In this document: one piece after another, positions 12,980-25,524 of the stretch
Layout of the letters: each line of letters begins with the position of its first letter
Numbering within the stretch: position 1 is the first letter of the stretch
From: Microthyrium microscopicum
Lineage: Eukaryota
DNA length: 64,000 nucleotides
NCBI GenBank assembly: GCA_010405405.1
Contig: MU004237.1
Coordinates: forward strand, 1,251,345-1,315,344
Direction: 5' to 3'
The notes under the pieces: model-generated
Seen by the model: the letters and a program-made list of their open reading frames with translations, nothing else
Told to the model about the DNA's origin: nothing
Databases searched by the model: none
Program-made: the position numbers and the translations under genes

Positions 12980-14069
12980 ATGAGCTCTAACACCAGCATT
13001 GCCGGTTTCGCAATTCGCCGCAATGGAAGTTGCGTGGCACCACTTGGAGAAATTGACTGCGGCGGGACAGTAGCACCATATCGAGTCTGCTGTCCTCACG
13101 AGGCCTATTGCCCTCGATCCAACTCGTATAACGCATATTGCTGCGATCAAGCTAATTACAATTGCACCATAGCCATCTTGAGCGATGGCCCATTCTGTGC
13201 CAATGCGACCTGGACAATGTATGACAATGGCGGGTATTTTTGCTGCGATGCAGGTCTAGCAGGATACCAAAACACCATCACGAATTCCAATGGATGCGCA
13301 AACCCGGGCTATCAAGTCGCAAATGGAGAGAATTTTTTGCCCCCGATAGGACAGAAACCGAAAGGTGAGAAAAGAGATAGGAATGATATGTCGAACAACG
13401 CTGATCGTATTTTAGCCACCGCTAATTCTACGTCAATTCCTGAGCCTACTTCCACGCCGTCGCAGATTTCTACATTTAGATCCAAATCAAGCAATATCGG
13501 CGCCATTGCTGGTGGAGTAGTGGGAGGAGTCGTTCTGTTTATCACTCTCCTTGCAATACTCATGGTAGTCGCTCGCCGGCAGAAGCAGAATGTGAACAGT
13601 AGAGCTCATGAATTACAAAAAGCAATGCATCCCAAGAGGCTTGAACTCTCAGAGGGACCTCAGCATTCCGCCCCGGCTATGGAGCTAGAAAGCAGTGTTG
13701 GCACTCGAGTTAGTACTGAAATACTCGCCAAGCTTTTGGTACTAGTTTTGGTACTAGTCTTGGCAACAGGGGCCAAACTCAAAATTACAAAAAATACAGC
13801 TTTAGCGAAAGGGGACTTTTCCGAAAAGAAAATATTTTACGTCTCTTTGCCCACGCTGCCAAGCCCCCACTAACCTAGCCAAAGATGCCAAGACTAGTAC
13901 CAAAACTAGTACCAAAAGCTTGGCGAGTATTTCAGTACTAACTCGAGTGCCAACACTGCTAGAAAGCAAACCGTCCGAACTAGTTGGAGACAGCAACACA
14001 TTGATTGCAGAATTACCTTCAAGCGATGTGGCCCCACCACAACAAGATATAGAAGTAAAGCATTCCTGA
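12980..14069 (+). CDS. Single-pass membrane protein with Cys-rich N-terminal domain; C-terminus interrupted by a MITE (present stop 13873, pre-insertion stop 14069)
   Basis: GFAIRRNGSC...CCP...CAN.TW.MYDNGGYFCC domain, Ser/Thr stalk and GAIAGGVVGG transmembrane helix; likely in-frame intron ~13365-13415. Removing the insertion restores MELESKPSELVGDS...KHS*. Confidence 0.82.
13693..13958. mobile_element. 266-bp non-autonomous hAT-type MITE
   Basis: Perfect 73-bp terminal inverted repeats (13693-13765 / 13886-13958) beginning CAGTGTTG; 8-bp target-site duplication CTAGAAAG at 13685-13692 and 13959-13966; no transposase ORF. Confidence 0.95.
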
Positions 14070-14771
14070 ATATCATGTCTGTCTTGGGCTAAGGAAAGTT
14101 GAGAATGAACTTGATATAATCGACTGCGAGCTCGCCATTCATTAGGTACATAATGCTTGAAACCATTAACAACCTCATTAATCGAGTATCAGCGCTTTCC
14201 CCTAAATCTAGTCTCTTTCTCTTATCCATTTTTTTTCAGTGGAAGAGCCAAAATAACTTTGAAGTTGCTTCGTCGCTTATGACTAAACACTTTCAAGACT
14301 CTCTACTAACACGAAAGCCCTACGCTCTGTATAAGGCTGACAAGCATATTTCAGGGCATCAAGGGGTCGACAAAATAAATGGTGCGCTCTCAGCGAGTGC
14401 GATAGCTCCAATACAAGACAATCTGCCATTGAGTGCTTTATTTGCCATCAAGCGCGTTTAGACATATACATTCTATTGAGTGCATTGGAAAATATTACAC
14501 CTTCTACTAGAAAGCGTTCGTGGGAGCCATAACGCCGATGGGAGGACGCCAGTTATCTTGTCCATCAGTTGGGCATCCAATCATTCAGTCTCCAAATGAC
14601 CAATCACTGGTGACTTACGGCTGCAATCTAATGCAGACTCAACTCAATTCGAGAGTACAGTAGTACAATTTGCGGGAATAAGAAGACCCCGCTCAACTAC
14701 ATCCTATTCAACAGGAAGCGATTAGGCTTGCTCTTGGCAAACATTGGCATTCCGCTCTTTTCGATATAAAA

Positions 14772-15628
14772 ATGGTTCTCTTCGAAGTTGCTGCAGCTGG
14801 TGCATTTCTGCTAGGTCACAAACAACGAAAACAACGCCAAGAGAAATATCGTAAGGAAGCCGATGAAGCTCTGCGACAACGAGGATGGGACGGAGGTCTG
14901 AAAGCTCGAACAGATTCCTTGGAAAGACAGAATTCTGGCTTGCTCTCTCCAGGTCATCCTGTTCAGAGGCCTACTAGTGCTCCTCTGCCAGGTCATGCGC
15001 CGCAGGGCTGGCAAGGTAAGATTGCTCTAGTCCTCTTCTATGATCTACTGCTAGTTTTCTGGAAGACCATGGCACGGCTTGGACTCATAAGCTCTATAAA
15101 ATCGTTCGATCGTACCAGCACATGAGTCTATACAAGGATTTCCACATCGGTTATATTTTGCCTCGTTGTGTCGGTAGAAAGCTCATGATGTTCGTAAGGA
15201 TTGCGGTGCATTGGAGGGCTTCTGATAGCCAGTGCGGTGGTTTCTTACGATCTTTCCAATCTCTGTCGCTGTTCTGTGGTAGTTGAAGCTAATACAAGGC
15301 AGGCATGGGCACAAAACCACACAAAGATGATCCATTAGCGTATGGATATCTTCCAAATCAAGCCAGTGGCCATAACAGACCGCCACCTCAACAATATCCG
15401 CCAACTGGCCCACCATTCTTTCACTCGCAGTCTCATCCCAACGCTTCTCCGCCTACGCAGTCATACGGCCATCCCCAACAATATGGCCCGCCCCCTCAGT
15501 CATATGGACAACCATATCAACACCCTCCATCATATGTACAGCCTCAGCAGCAATATCCTCCTCCATACGGAAACACGCCGCCTCCATATGGGACACCACC
15601 ACCGCAATATGGACATTCAGTACAGTAA
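14772..15628 (+). CDS. Hypothetical Pro/Gln/Tyr-rich protein, intron ~15016-15302
   Basis: Exon 1 MVLFEVAAAGAFLLGHKQRKQRQEK...PQGWQ ends at a GTAAG donor; GCTAAT...CAG acceptor leads in frame into the PPQQYPP/YGPPPQSYG-rich exon. Confidence 0.65.
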
Positions 15629-16675
15629 GTCTCTCTCCATTTGCCACTCGCTGGGGCATTATACTTGCTAGTATGACAGTTCACGATATTTTGGTGATAT
15701 CGGCCAGACGATAGCATCTGGCAGATATTGCAGCAACGAAGCGATATACAGACCGTTGGGAATATCATGACTACCAGACACGCGGCGATCTGTCATTCCT
15801 TATGTTTTCGCCACACGCTGACGACTTCAGGTATCAAAATAACCCTCCACTGAGATACTAGTCATTGTGGGCTCTCAACCTTCAGTCCAGAATAGATTGA
15901 GATGTTTCGCTCTCAGCCTGAAGGGTACCGGCATAACGAAAACCATAGTTTTCCAGCATTAGAAATATGGAACTTTGCTCACGAGAATAAATCATCTGCT
16001 TTGCCGAATTTCTTATTGATTGTGGGGTTGCGTAAACATGACCATGAAGCTGGTAGGCCCGATTCTGACAGATATAGAAATATTACTTCCCGACCAATAG
16101 CGTTCTGGATCACCAGATCCGGTTGTTGATATATCGGGAAAAGTTCCAGGGCAGATCAAACTCGTGGCAAGCATTTGGGCCTAGAGCAAGATCTTTCAAG
16201 AAGCTGCTAATACCTGAAAGCAAGCTAACCAATAATCAGTTGTAAACGATGAGATTGTGCTGAGTTATGAGGGCTACTTCAAATGAGCGGCGACACGGCG
16301 GTTTCGTTGAGCCTCTACAATCCTAGAGTTCCTGATGGTTCCCTAGAGACAAATGCTTGTGCTTGTAGGGTTTCTTTACCCCAATTCTCTTGCATTAAAT
16401 TAATTTAGTGTGGGGATCCAGTTCACTCGAATTTTAATCAGGGTACGTCTACCAGTAGAAAGTCTTCTCTTGTGTGGGAGCCAGTTGGAATTGCAGATTG
16501 CATTTCCCAATAGCTACTTTCTTGCGAGCTAACTTTACATGAAAGATGTACTTCGCGTACAACGAAATGAGATATAGTCTCGTGCATTCATCTTGAAGAT
16601 TTTAACCTACACGTTTCTGCTTTCGAGGGTTTTTTCAGTTTCTCAAGTCACTCATTTGTCGTTTTAGCATTCATC

Positions 16676-17468
16676 ATGAAGCTCTCAACCGTTGCTACCA
16701 GTCTATTCGTCGGCGCAGTCGTCGCGCTGCCTCAAGGCTCCACTTCAAATGACTTAGCAAAAGGCTGTAAAAAGGTTACTTTGGTCTATGCTCGTGCTTC
16801 AACTGAAATTGGGAATATGGTATGATGGCCAGGTCAGAATATATCAGATCACTTGCTAACATACTATAGGGAACTACCAACAGTGTTGGCCCAGGTCTCT
16901 GCAAAGGACTAAAAGCGAACTTTGCGAACGATGTTGCCTGCCAAGGAGTCAGCAGTCCTGCTTATACTGCTGGACTGATCGATAACTTCTCCGTCAAAGG
17001 GACAACTGCATCAGCAATCGCCGAAGCTACAAAGCATTTTACCGACGCCGCTACCAGATGTCCCCAGACGATAATGGTTGCTGGTGGTTTCAGGTTAGTA
17101 ACGAGTTTGTGATATGGAAGAATTGGTGTCTAACGTCTTATTGTAGCCAAGGAACAGCTGTGATCTTCAACGCCGTCGGAAATCTCCCCGATGCTATCAA
17201 AAAGAGAGTTGTGGGCGTTGCGCTTTACGGGTACACCAAAAACAAGCAGAATGGTGGCACCATTCCAAAATACCCCAAGGAAAATGTCAAAGTGTTCTGT
17301 CCTGCTTCTGATGGCGTCTGCGGTGGTACACTTAACGTCAATCTTGGTCATTTCTCCTACCTTACGGGCTCATCACAAAGAGAAGGATATACTTTCCTCA
17401 CACAGAAAATCAAGGCCGCTGGATCTGGAGCTGCCGCGGCCGCTCCTGCTGTAGAAGCCATGATGTAG
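16676..17468 (+). CDS. Secreted cutinase (CE5), 3 exons
   Basis: Signal peptide MKLSTVATSLFVGAVVA; C..VTLVYARASTEIGNM; nucleophile motif VAGGFSQG across an intron; FCPASDGVC and GHFSY supply the catalytic Asp and His. Confidence 0.92.
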
Positions 17469-18360
17469 TTATACCCGAATGAAGTTATCTCGTTCTTAGT
17501 CTGAAAGCATACAGAACATGAGAAGAGGCTGTGGATGATTTGTTGCGCTGATCTAATTGGTTACTAAAGTAAGTTGAACGCAGTATTAGAGCGAAGACCG
17601 CATGCCAAAACCTATAAAGCAGCTTGTTTGCTATCGAGCATCATGATTCCTCTTTTCCAAATTCTGTCAAAGAGCTTCGGTGTTAAAGGCAGCTATTACA
17701 CCACGATTTTCGCAATGAAAGCAGTGAGAGGGCAACCCAGCAAGGCTTAGTAGGGACTGAAATAGGAAATCCTGGCGACGCTAGACTATATCTAGTAGTT
17801 TTCTCGAGCTTATATCAGAGAATTCATTATGAGATAGATTGCAGTCAAGGGGCACAACCCCTATGACCGCTGTTGGGCATGTCGTAGGAATTTATATCAG
17901 AATCACTGCCATGTCGCGTCGCGTGAACGCGGTGTCGGCTATTGTAGTATGGTTTCTTCATTACATTCAGCCCTTTGGCTTGAACTTGAGAAATCATTAG
18001 ATGAATGCTCTCCTGCCAGACAATATTCAAAATACATTCGGAGATTGCAATTGAATCTCGACACTACCACTGACTCCCCGGTCCCAAATCCCTTTCCTGA
18101 CGAATAACACCTAGATGGTAGGTAGAGGTAATGCGTTTTATCACCTCAGTTCCAAAAATGTTCATAGGTCATGAGCAGGTACGGCTCGAAAAATGCGAAG
18201 ACACTGGTTTGGAAGTAAGCGAGAGAAGAATGTAGTAATTATTTCATTGCCTATCTCGCAATATGATCTTTGTAACAGTAGGAAGTAAGTTCTTTACATG
18301 TTCAAGAACATGCACAATTCCATGACATCGTGGCGGTTTTCATATGATCATGTTCCGTGC

Positions 18361-18615
18361 TCAGCAAATACAGTGTGGATCGTTGCCATTGACCATCTGG
18401 CAACGACAGCTACCACAGTCCGCTGCCAATAGCCACTGACTATTTGTCGAGCAGACATAGATTTGATTCTGGTGCGTCTGGGGGAAGCGGCCATCGCCAC
18501 AGATGTGGTCGCCCTCGCGGTGGTTGATGCCGGCGGGCATTTCGGAACAGTCGGCTGAGACGAGCGCAAAGAGGCTCATAGCGCTCATTAGAGCCAGGGT
18601 CAGAGAGAGCTTCAT
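18361..18615 (-). CDS. Small secreted cysteine-rich protein (84 aa, 8 Cys), effector candidate
   Basis: Signal peptide MKLSLTLALMSAMSLFALVSA followed by a compact 8-Cys mature domain; TATA-like TATATAA upstream at ~18790. Confidence 0.8.
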   Translation of the reverse strand: MKLSLTLALMSAMSLFALVSADCSEMPAGINHREGDHICGDGRFPQTHQNQIYVCSTNSQWLLAADCGSCRCQMVNGNDPHCIC

Positions 18616-19490
18616 TTCGGTGGGCTAGAATGCGTCAGTGATCTCTTCCGTGGGAAAGTTGATCACACATACTGGTCTTGTAGATGTGAAGGTGATATTT
18701 ATTGAGCAAAGTAGACTTTAAGTGGTTCTTGTTCTTGATTTGAGTGTTGAATGCAATATTCTCAGGTCTCAGGCTTGAATCAAATAGTTTATATAAGGGA
18801 GAGGAACTGGTTCTATCACTGATATGTTGGGTGATGTATACTTTGCAAGTCACTGAGGAGTAACAAACATGTCAGAAACTCACGATAAACAGTCACTGGT
18901 TACTAAGACTTTTTGGAACTCTAGTAGTAGAATGATAGGTTCAAACTGTCCTGGCCCAGGTCTTTCTCATCGTGACTCTGTCGTGGCAAACGGTTACAGC
19001 TCACGAAAGTACCATAAGCATGGATTAGAAACTTTTACAGCCCTTCTTAGAGAAAGTGTTGCTAATTGATTGTGCGTGTTGTGACAGCTGATATTAGTCA
19101 TCAGTACACCAGAAGCCAAAGTTTATACGTGCTACCTGTAGTGAAATGCTCATGCTGCTGGGATATGATGGTTCAGGCAAGCACAATAGCCGTTGCGATA
19201 TTGTGTGTCACAGCTGATGAATAGCTTGGTAGAAGTTATTACTTGCTAGGTTACTTGTACAGACTGCGAGGACCTGTGCGATACTACAAGTGACCAGTCA
19301 ATAGAGAGAAAATGTTTGACAATATCAAGATCATGGATATTCATATCTAAAGTAGAATATAAATACAAAAGCTTTATCGATCAAGATATCTCGCCACTGT
19401 CAACCGAGGTCTAATGCTTCAACCTCTCCTCCAAGATTCGAAAACGCTGTCAAGTAACCACAAAATATGCAATGCTAGATGTTTGAGCAT

Positions 19491-19757
19491 CTAAAAGACG
19501 CGGACACCAGCCTCGCGGTTCTTGTCACGGCAGCACTGGTCGAATCGATCGGTATCGCGACCAGTCTGGCAGGCGATCCAATTGCCTTCCATGCGGCGCT
19601 GGTTATCTGAACGGCAGCATCCCGTGGTTCCAGTGTTGTATTCTCCTCCGTTGATAGAGCAGGCTTTGATAGGTCCATCGGCCAAAATGGTGTTGTCAAG
19701 AGGGCTGGCAAATGCCAAAAGTGGGAGGGCGGCAAGAATGAGCTGGAATGCGAACAT
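19491..19757 (-). CDS. Small secreted cysteine-rich protein (88 aa, C-CC-C-CC pattern)
   Basis: AAAATG start context, signal peptide MFAFQLILAALPLLAFA, and 6 Cys in a C...T.CC...C...F..CC arrangement. Confidence 0.8.
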   Translation of the reverse strand: MFAFQLILAALPLLAFASPLDNTILADGPIKACSINGGEYNTGTTGCCRSDNQRRMEGNWIACQTGRDTDRFDQCCRDKNREAGVRVF

Positions 19758-21556
19758 TTTGAAGTTTTGGTAGAGATTGATTTTAGGACTGAGAAGTCTA
19801 GGAAAGAGGCTGGTAGCTTTGATTTGTCTTGAGAGTGAAGTAGTTTGTTGATGAGATGATAGAAATGTTTTCACGATGTCTAAGGCAATACTTATACACA
19901 ACTGTCTAAGTAACCATTGTACGAAATTACCTCCGGTAGGATTCTTGAACTGTAAATAGTATGAACACGCAACCTTGGTAAACTGAGGTTTCCCGAATTC
20001 CTTCGCTCATCGTACAACATGCCTTTGAGAAGCAAATAGAATTAGATGACTATCTTCAGTATTCGAAGGATCAAGAGTGAGAGTGCAAACACCTTTTATT
20101 AATGTAATCGGTATTATTTTACTAGGAATATTATCTTTGTCTCACGCTGATTCGTTAGTAAATAAGGTATATTGATCGGAAGGATCCGCGTTAAATATAG
20201 TTTATGGAAATAATATAGCTTCTAGGATCGGCCATGCAGGTACTGATTATTAGAAAGATAGAGCAAATTAAGGTGCAAATGATCCCAACTTGGAAAGTAT
20301 TCTAGGCTTTATTCCTAGATTGTAAATAGATTTAACAAGCGAGCCTCCTGACATCCGTGCATGAAGTTCATCGCATGGTTGACAGTTTTTGGGCATGAAG
20401 AAAATTAACGAGAAGCTCTGAGCAAACTCTGAGGCGAGGCAAACTCGATAGAAACTGAGGGAAATAAGCGGCTTGAGATGCTTCATGAGAATGATCAGAT
20501 CTTAAGCAGGTAATAGGTACCACTTTGATTCATGAGCACTGATTTCACTGGGTTTGAAGGGTTGGCTATGTCGATTCAAATCCTTTAATACCAATGCTGT
20601 CGATATGGTTGGCTTTTCAGTCACCGCGATAGTACTCAGACGAGCGACCTTTTATTCGGAGTTTCTTAATCGTTGCCAAAGTCACATTGTGGCAATATAA
20701 GGACTAACTATCGATAACCATTATAGTAACGATAGATCATTGGCATCCGAAGATCAATTCTAGCTGAATCCTTCCAAGTTCTCGACTGGGTTGGTAGAAA
20801 TTTCTCAGAGATACGCTGGAATTTCAGCCCCAGGCGGGAGTGATGAGTCAGCCGGCGGAAGATGTCAAAAGCTGAGCGAGAAATGAGGGTAAACACTTCG
20901 CTGTCCCGCAGTTGCTGTTCATCATTCACTGCTTCAAGAAATAGACACAAACCTCAGATGCCTTGCCTCTGCGCCAAGCAAAGGCCCGCTCGGCTTCAGC
21001 GATGATGGCCCTTTGCATTCATTGGCGATCAAGTTAATGGTTCTGTCTTGACCCTTAGTTCTAGAGAAAGGAGGCCAACAACAGCTTGCTGCCATTGAAA
21101 GTTCAAGAGTCAAATGGCCGCCATCAGTGACAGCATAAATGATTGCCTTCTGGCCTGTTACCTGTAGCAGATCATCACAATGAGCATGCAGATTAACACT
21201 TCTCTTGAGATAGCGATGGCTATGTGACCTTGAGTGTTAGGATTCATAGATGCTCCTGTCACGAAGGGAACATCTGAAAGGTTGATGTTGATGTAAAGTC
21301 TACCGGTTAGACTGGACTGACTGGACGTTGCGAAAGTCGTTCTTGCCTGGCAGCCTGATACCATCTTGCCTTGTGGCCTTACCGTATGAGGTGCTCTTTG
21401 AGCCTTGCGGCCTTATCGCCAACTGCAACTTTCAGAGTCCCAAAATCTCTACGTAGAACAAGTGCATCGTGGACAGACGAACCACGTAGTCAGCTTGTTT
21501 ACTCTTCTGTGGCGTTTCTCTCCGTTTCAAGGCTACGACCCAGCTCGCCTACCGCC

Positions 21557-22550
21557 ATGGCCCAAAAGTGCGTACATAAAGGCTGTGGCAAGACCTTTAC
21601 CGATCCCAAAGAGCCATGTGTTTATCATTCAGGTCCTCCCATATTTCATGAAGGCCAGAAAGGCTGGTCCTGCTGCAAGCCACGAGTTCTCACCTTTGAC
21701 GAATTCCTTTCCATTCCTCCCTGTACCACTGGCGAGCATTCAACCATCGACGATACCCCACCGCCACTGGCAAAAGACATACAAACGAATGAGCCTGAGC
21801 CCCCCAAGACTCTACCCTCCCAACCGAGTGTTCCTCGAATCCCAAATCCTCCCTCCGCCGCTCCTACATCCACGCCTGCTCCAGCACCAGCTCTCGAATC
21901 GGAATCTGATGATCCAGAATTATCAATATCCCAGGGAGCAACCTGCCGGCGACGTGCTTGTGGCAAAACCTACGATTCCTCCAAGAACAGGGATGACGAG
22001 CAATGCGTGCACCATCCGGGCAGTCCTGTTTTTCACGAAGGAAGTAAAGGCTGGAGTTGTTGCAAACGACGGGTCTTAGAATTCGACGAGTTTATGAAGA
22101 TCGAGGGATGCAAAACAAAAGCCAAACATTTGTTTGTCGGCAAAACCAAGAAGCCTCTTGTAGAGAAGCTTGACACTGTGAGGTATTATGGACAATCACG
22201 TATTGGCTAGAGGCAAAGCTAACTGGGTACTTAGATGTGATTTCTACCAGACCGTCTCTTCCGTTATTGCGTCTGTGTACCTCAAGAATATCGACAAGGA
22301 AAAATCAATCGTCAAGTTCAAGTCCGCGTCGGAGGTGGACTTGGATCTTCATACCTCTGACAGCAAAGAGTACACCACAACCTTTTCGTTATTCGGTACT
22401 ATTATTCCTGACAAGAGTACTTTCAAGATTCTGGGCACAAAATTGGAACTTAATCTCGCCAAAGCAGACGGCATCGGATGGCCTGTCTTGAGATCAACGG
22501 ATCCACATACTGGCGAAATTATCCAAAGTGGAAGGGCAGGCCGTGCATGA
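21557..22550 (+). CDS. CHORD and CS domain protein (Chp1/RAR1/melusin-like Hsp90 co-chaperone), intron ~22183-22234
   Basis: Two CHORD repeats (CVHKGCGK...CVYHSGPPIFHEGQKGWSCCK and CRRRACGK...CVHHPGSPVFHEGSKGWSCCKRRV), then a CS domain (DFYQT...KLELNLAKADG). Confidence 0.93.
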
Positions 22551-23958
22551 AGCGCTCATCATATTTTCAGCAGCTTTCCACACTTACGGCTCGCTGATAG
22601 ATGATTAGAAGCGCGATGTTGTGATCACTAGCAAGCTCGCCTATTCTTCGACCATGCCGGGCTCACAAGTTGAGCTAAGGGCCAAACACCTTTATCACAG
22701 GTCTCAGACCACCAGGCCTGTTATGAGGCTTGCCTGGGAGTCCATTACCAACATCAATATAGACAGAAGGATATAATGCATCACGATATAGACTACGATT
22801 GCTTTGCCAATACTCGTGTCTTTTGTATCAAGTGTGAAGCAAGGCAGTCGTTTCTACGGGCATTTTTACATCATTTTTACAAATGCCCGTACTCAAATCG
22901 TCCTGCGCCAATGATAGTATCATGTGCCTGTCACTGAGAAAAGTTTGGCCCGGATAGGACCAACAACAGACCTTAGTGTTCTAATGTCTTGTTTCCTGGA
23001 CGTTGACCAGTTCATTGAGTTCTATGTGTCCGGAAACATGGTCTATTATCTTCACAGATGCAATCAGCACACATCGCCCTTAGGGGGTTCCCGTATCGGA
23101 TACTGGCATATATTCCAATATTCTCTTCGGCATAGCAGGTAGATTAAACGATGCATCAAGAATTTAACATAAAGATACGACCATCTAACAGTGCGGTCCT
23201 TGTTTATTAGACCTCCGCAGACCGCACATGCAACGCTAGCTGTCCACCTGATTGCTTATAAAGCCCGTCGAGAGTGAACGGCTTACTTCGTTCTGATCCC
23301 TCTATGCTACTCATTATCTGCACTCTATGAATTATGTATGATACGCCAAAACATGCAAGAAGATTCGTGATTAGTAAATCACTCTACTTCTACATAAGCT
23401 CAAGGGTTGAAAAAAATCGAGCTACCACCATCTACGGCGACGACCATGCTGATTTTCACAGAAAGAAGAAACAGTTCGTCCCAGCCCGCTGACACTCTAC
23501 GATTATCACGACTATTTGTGTGAAGAGAGCACGTCATGGACTCAATTATTGATTATGGCCAAGAACAACATTGACACCACCAGGATTTTGATCTCACCTC
23601 CAAGAGCAAATCACATTCCTAGCTGTCGAAAGTAAGCTGATGAGTTGTAGAGCTTCGCCTCATTGACTGTATGGCTACTACATATCAGCTAGCAATTAGA
23701 GCATTCTTTGTTCAACACAATCATCGGGTTTGTTTCTTCTTTGAAGATTACCTCTTCATTGTTACTCTTCAAAAAAGAAACAACAATGGCAAAGATCCTT
23801 TGTAGATTGTTTGAAGGCAGACCGTACATAAGAATAAAGCATTGTCCCTCATTCGCTCTTCTGGAAGCAGAAAATAGAACGAAACACATCGTTATAAATC
23901 CTTATCTGCAGAGAACTCGAAGATATTGAAGTAGCAGTCGAACAATACCGTCAAGTAG

Positions 23959-25524
23959 ATGTCTCATCGACTGCTCAAGGGCGTGTTCAAAACCCGCCAG
24001 GAGGTAATAGGGTGCGAAGTGCCGCGACCGAACAATAAAGATGACAAATTCTTCAAAGAAGGTTTCGAATTTGACAAGCTTACTCGATGGCAGAGAGCCA
24101 TAGCATATGCTAGACTGGCCAGCTCCAATATTGGACGACTAGATCCTTGGTACGGGTCTATCAGCTGGGAAATCCCCAAGCCAGATACATCACAGTGGCC
24201 AATCCATCCTTTATTTGCACGTAAGCGTTTTGTCCCGAGAGACGAATACTTCCCTGCCCCTTGGGATTACAGTGCGATTCGACCATCTTTAGCTTTGGCG
24301 TCTAGATTACTGACCGAGCCTAGATTCCTGTACATTTGGTACGCGATTTTTTTCGGCAAAGAACAAGAAAGCTGCTTTCAGGATTATTATCGCGAATCCA
24401 AGTTACCAACAACTCCATTCAAAGCTATCGAGTGCCAGGAACGTATGTTAACTCGGCCAGAGCAAGATCGTACCCTCAAAGCACTGGAAGACATGGCCAA
24501 GTATGTTCACATTTTCTTTACCGTGGAAGATGAAGTAACTCTTCCAGGTCGAGAGCTATCCTTTCCTGTGTCAGACTTTCACGATGCGAGGACATATGCA
24601 GCGTCCAGCTCACATATTGAAAACAAGTCTGTTTACCATACGCTCGCTTTGAACACCCACGTTTTCGTGGATATTGCGGGCCACGAAAGTTTGGATATTC
24701 TCGAGTCAAATGGGATCAACCCGAATGAGATCATTCGTGTACAATATGACTTGGCAGTTACGCTGGTACATGAACTTGCACATATTGCCTATTCTCATCG
24801 AAGAGGCGTTTGGGAGCGCCGAGATCTGCTTAGTCGGCTTGTCGAACCATGTCTTGTCTCCGATAAACTTCCAATGCCATTCAATAGCGAATTGGGTACA
24901 GCCTGGGCCAGAATGGTGTTTGATTTGCAAGGATACAAGCGAGAATCTATGCCTTGGAATTACTGGGGAGGCGATTTTCGACCGCTATACAAGGCAAGTC
25001 CTAATGTGAGTGAGCTGATAGCTGAAGATTTTCCAGGAGGCGATTTGATCCTTCAAAGGCTGAAAAAGCTCCATCACGCTGACCCAAATGTCTGGGTCAT
25101 ACACCTCAAATACTTTCATCGATTCTTCACCGACCATTTCTGGAATGTTACAGTTCCGGAACGTGGCCGCGCAGCCTTCAAGCCTCCAAAGGAGTATGGA
25201 ATATCACTATCCTACAGGACACGAAATGGAAGACCGGTATCTCTCCGTATCAATCGCAACATATACTCTGGGTTGAAGGCAAGAAAATATCTCGCTCTCC
25301 CCACGCCAGCAAATCGACTTCGCCAGCTGGCACGAAACCCAGGGCCCAAGCCACACAAGACCTGGTCTCCGTATTTGCGGCCTTATCGAGACAAAAAAGC
25401 ACACTGGGCGGAGGGTAACAACGCTTCCCAGGAGTATGTAGTTATTGGTAATCAGCCGGCGCCTTCGGTGTTTCGAAGACTTACCAAGGTTCTGAGGTCA
25501 AAATCCAAGAAGGGACGGAAGTGA
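23959..25524 (+). CDS. 521-aa hypothetical protein with HEXXH zinc-binding motif
   Basis: Long intronless ORF containing LAVTLVHELAHIAY and a downstream SELGTAW segment. Confidence 0.75.
   Translation: MSHRLLKGVFKTRQEVIGCEVPRPNNKDDKFFKEGFEFDKLTRWQRAIAYARLASSNIGRLDPWYGSISWEIPKPDTSQWPIHPLFARKRFVPRDEYFPAPWDYSAIRPSLALASRLLTEPRFLYIWYAIFFGKEQESCFQDYYRESKLPTTPFKAIECQERMLTRPEQDRTLKALEDMAKYVHIFFTVEDEVTLPGRELSFPVSDFHDARTYAASSSHIENKSVYHTLALNTHVFVDIAGHESLDILESNGINPNEIIRVQYDLAVTLVHELAHIAYSHRRGVWERRDLLSRLVEPCLVSDKLPMPFNSELGTAWARMVFDLQGYKRESMPWNYWGGDFRPLYKASPNVSELIAEDFPGGDLILQRLKKLHHADPNVWVIHLKYFHRFFTDHFWNVTVPERGRAAFKPPKEYGISLSYRTRNGRPVSLRINRNIYSGLKARKYLALPTPANRLRQLARNPGPKPHKTWSPYLRPYRDKKAHWAEGNNASQEYVVIGNQPAPSVFRRLTKVLRSKSKKGRK

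Noticed and set aside
15182..15230. Possible C/D snoRNA in the long intron (ATGATGT...CTGA)
   Set aside because: Imperfect C box, only ~45 nt long, and no recognisable rRNA guide.
22855..22891. 11-bp inverted repeat TACGGGCATTT/AAATGCCCGTA
   Set aside because: Short and isolated, with no TSD or functional context.
23172..23228. ATACGACCAT resembling the start of a 5S rRNA
   Set aside because: Similarity does not continue; no internal A/C boxes, only a short 8-bp stem.
23625..23692. CTGATGAG near GAAA suggesting a hammerhead ribozyme
   Set aside because: Motif order and spacing leave no room for the three required stems.
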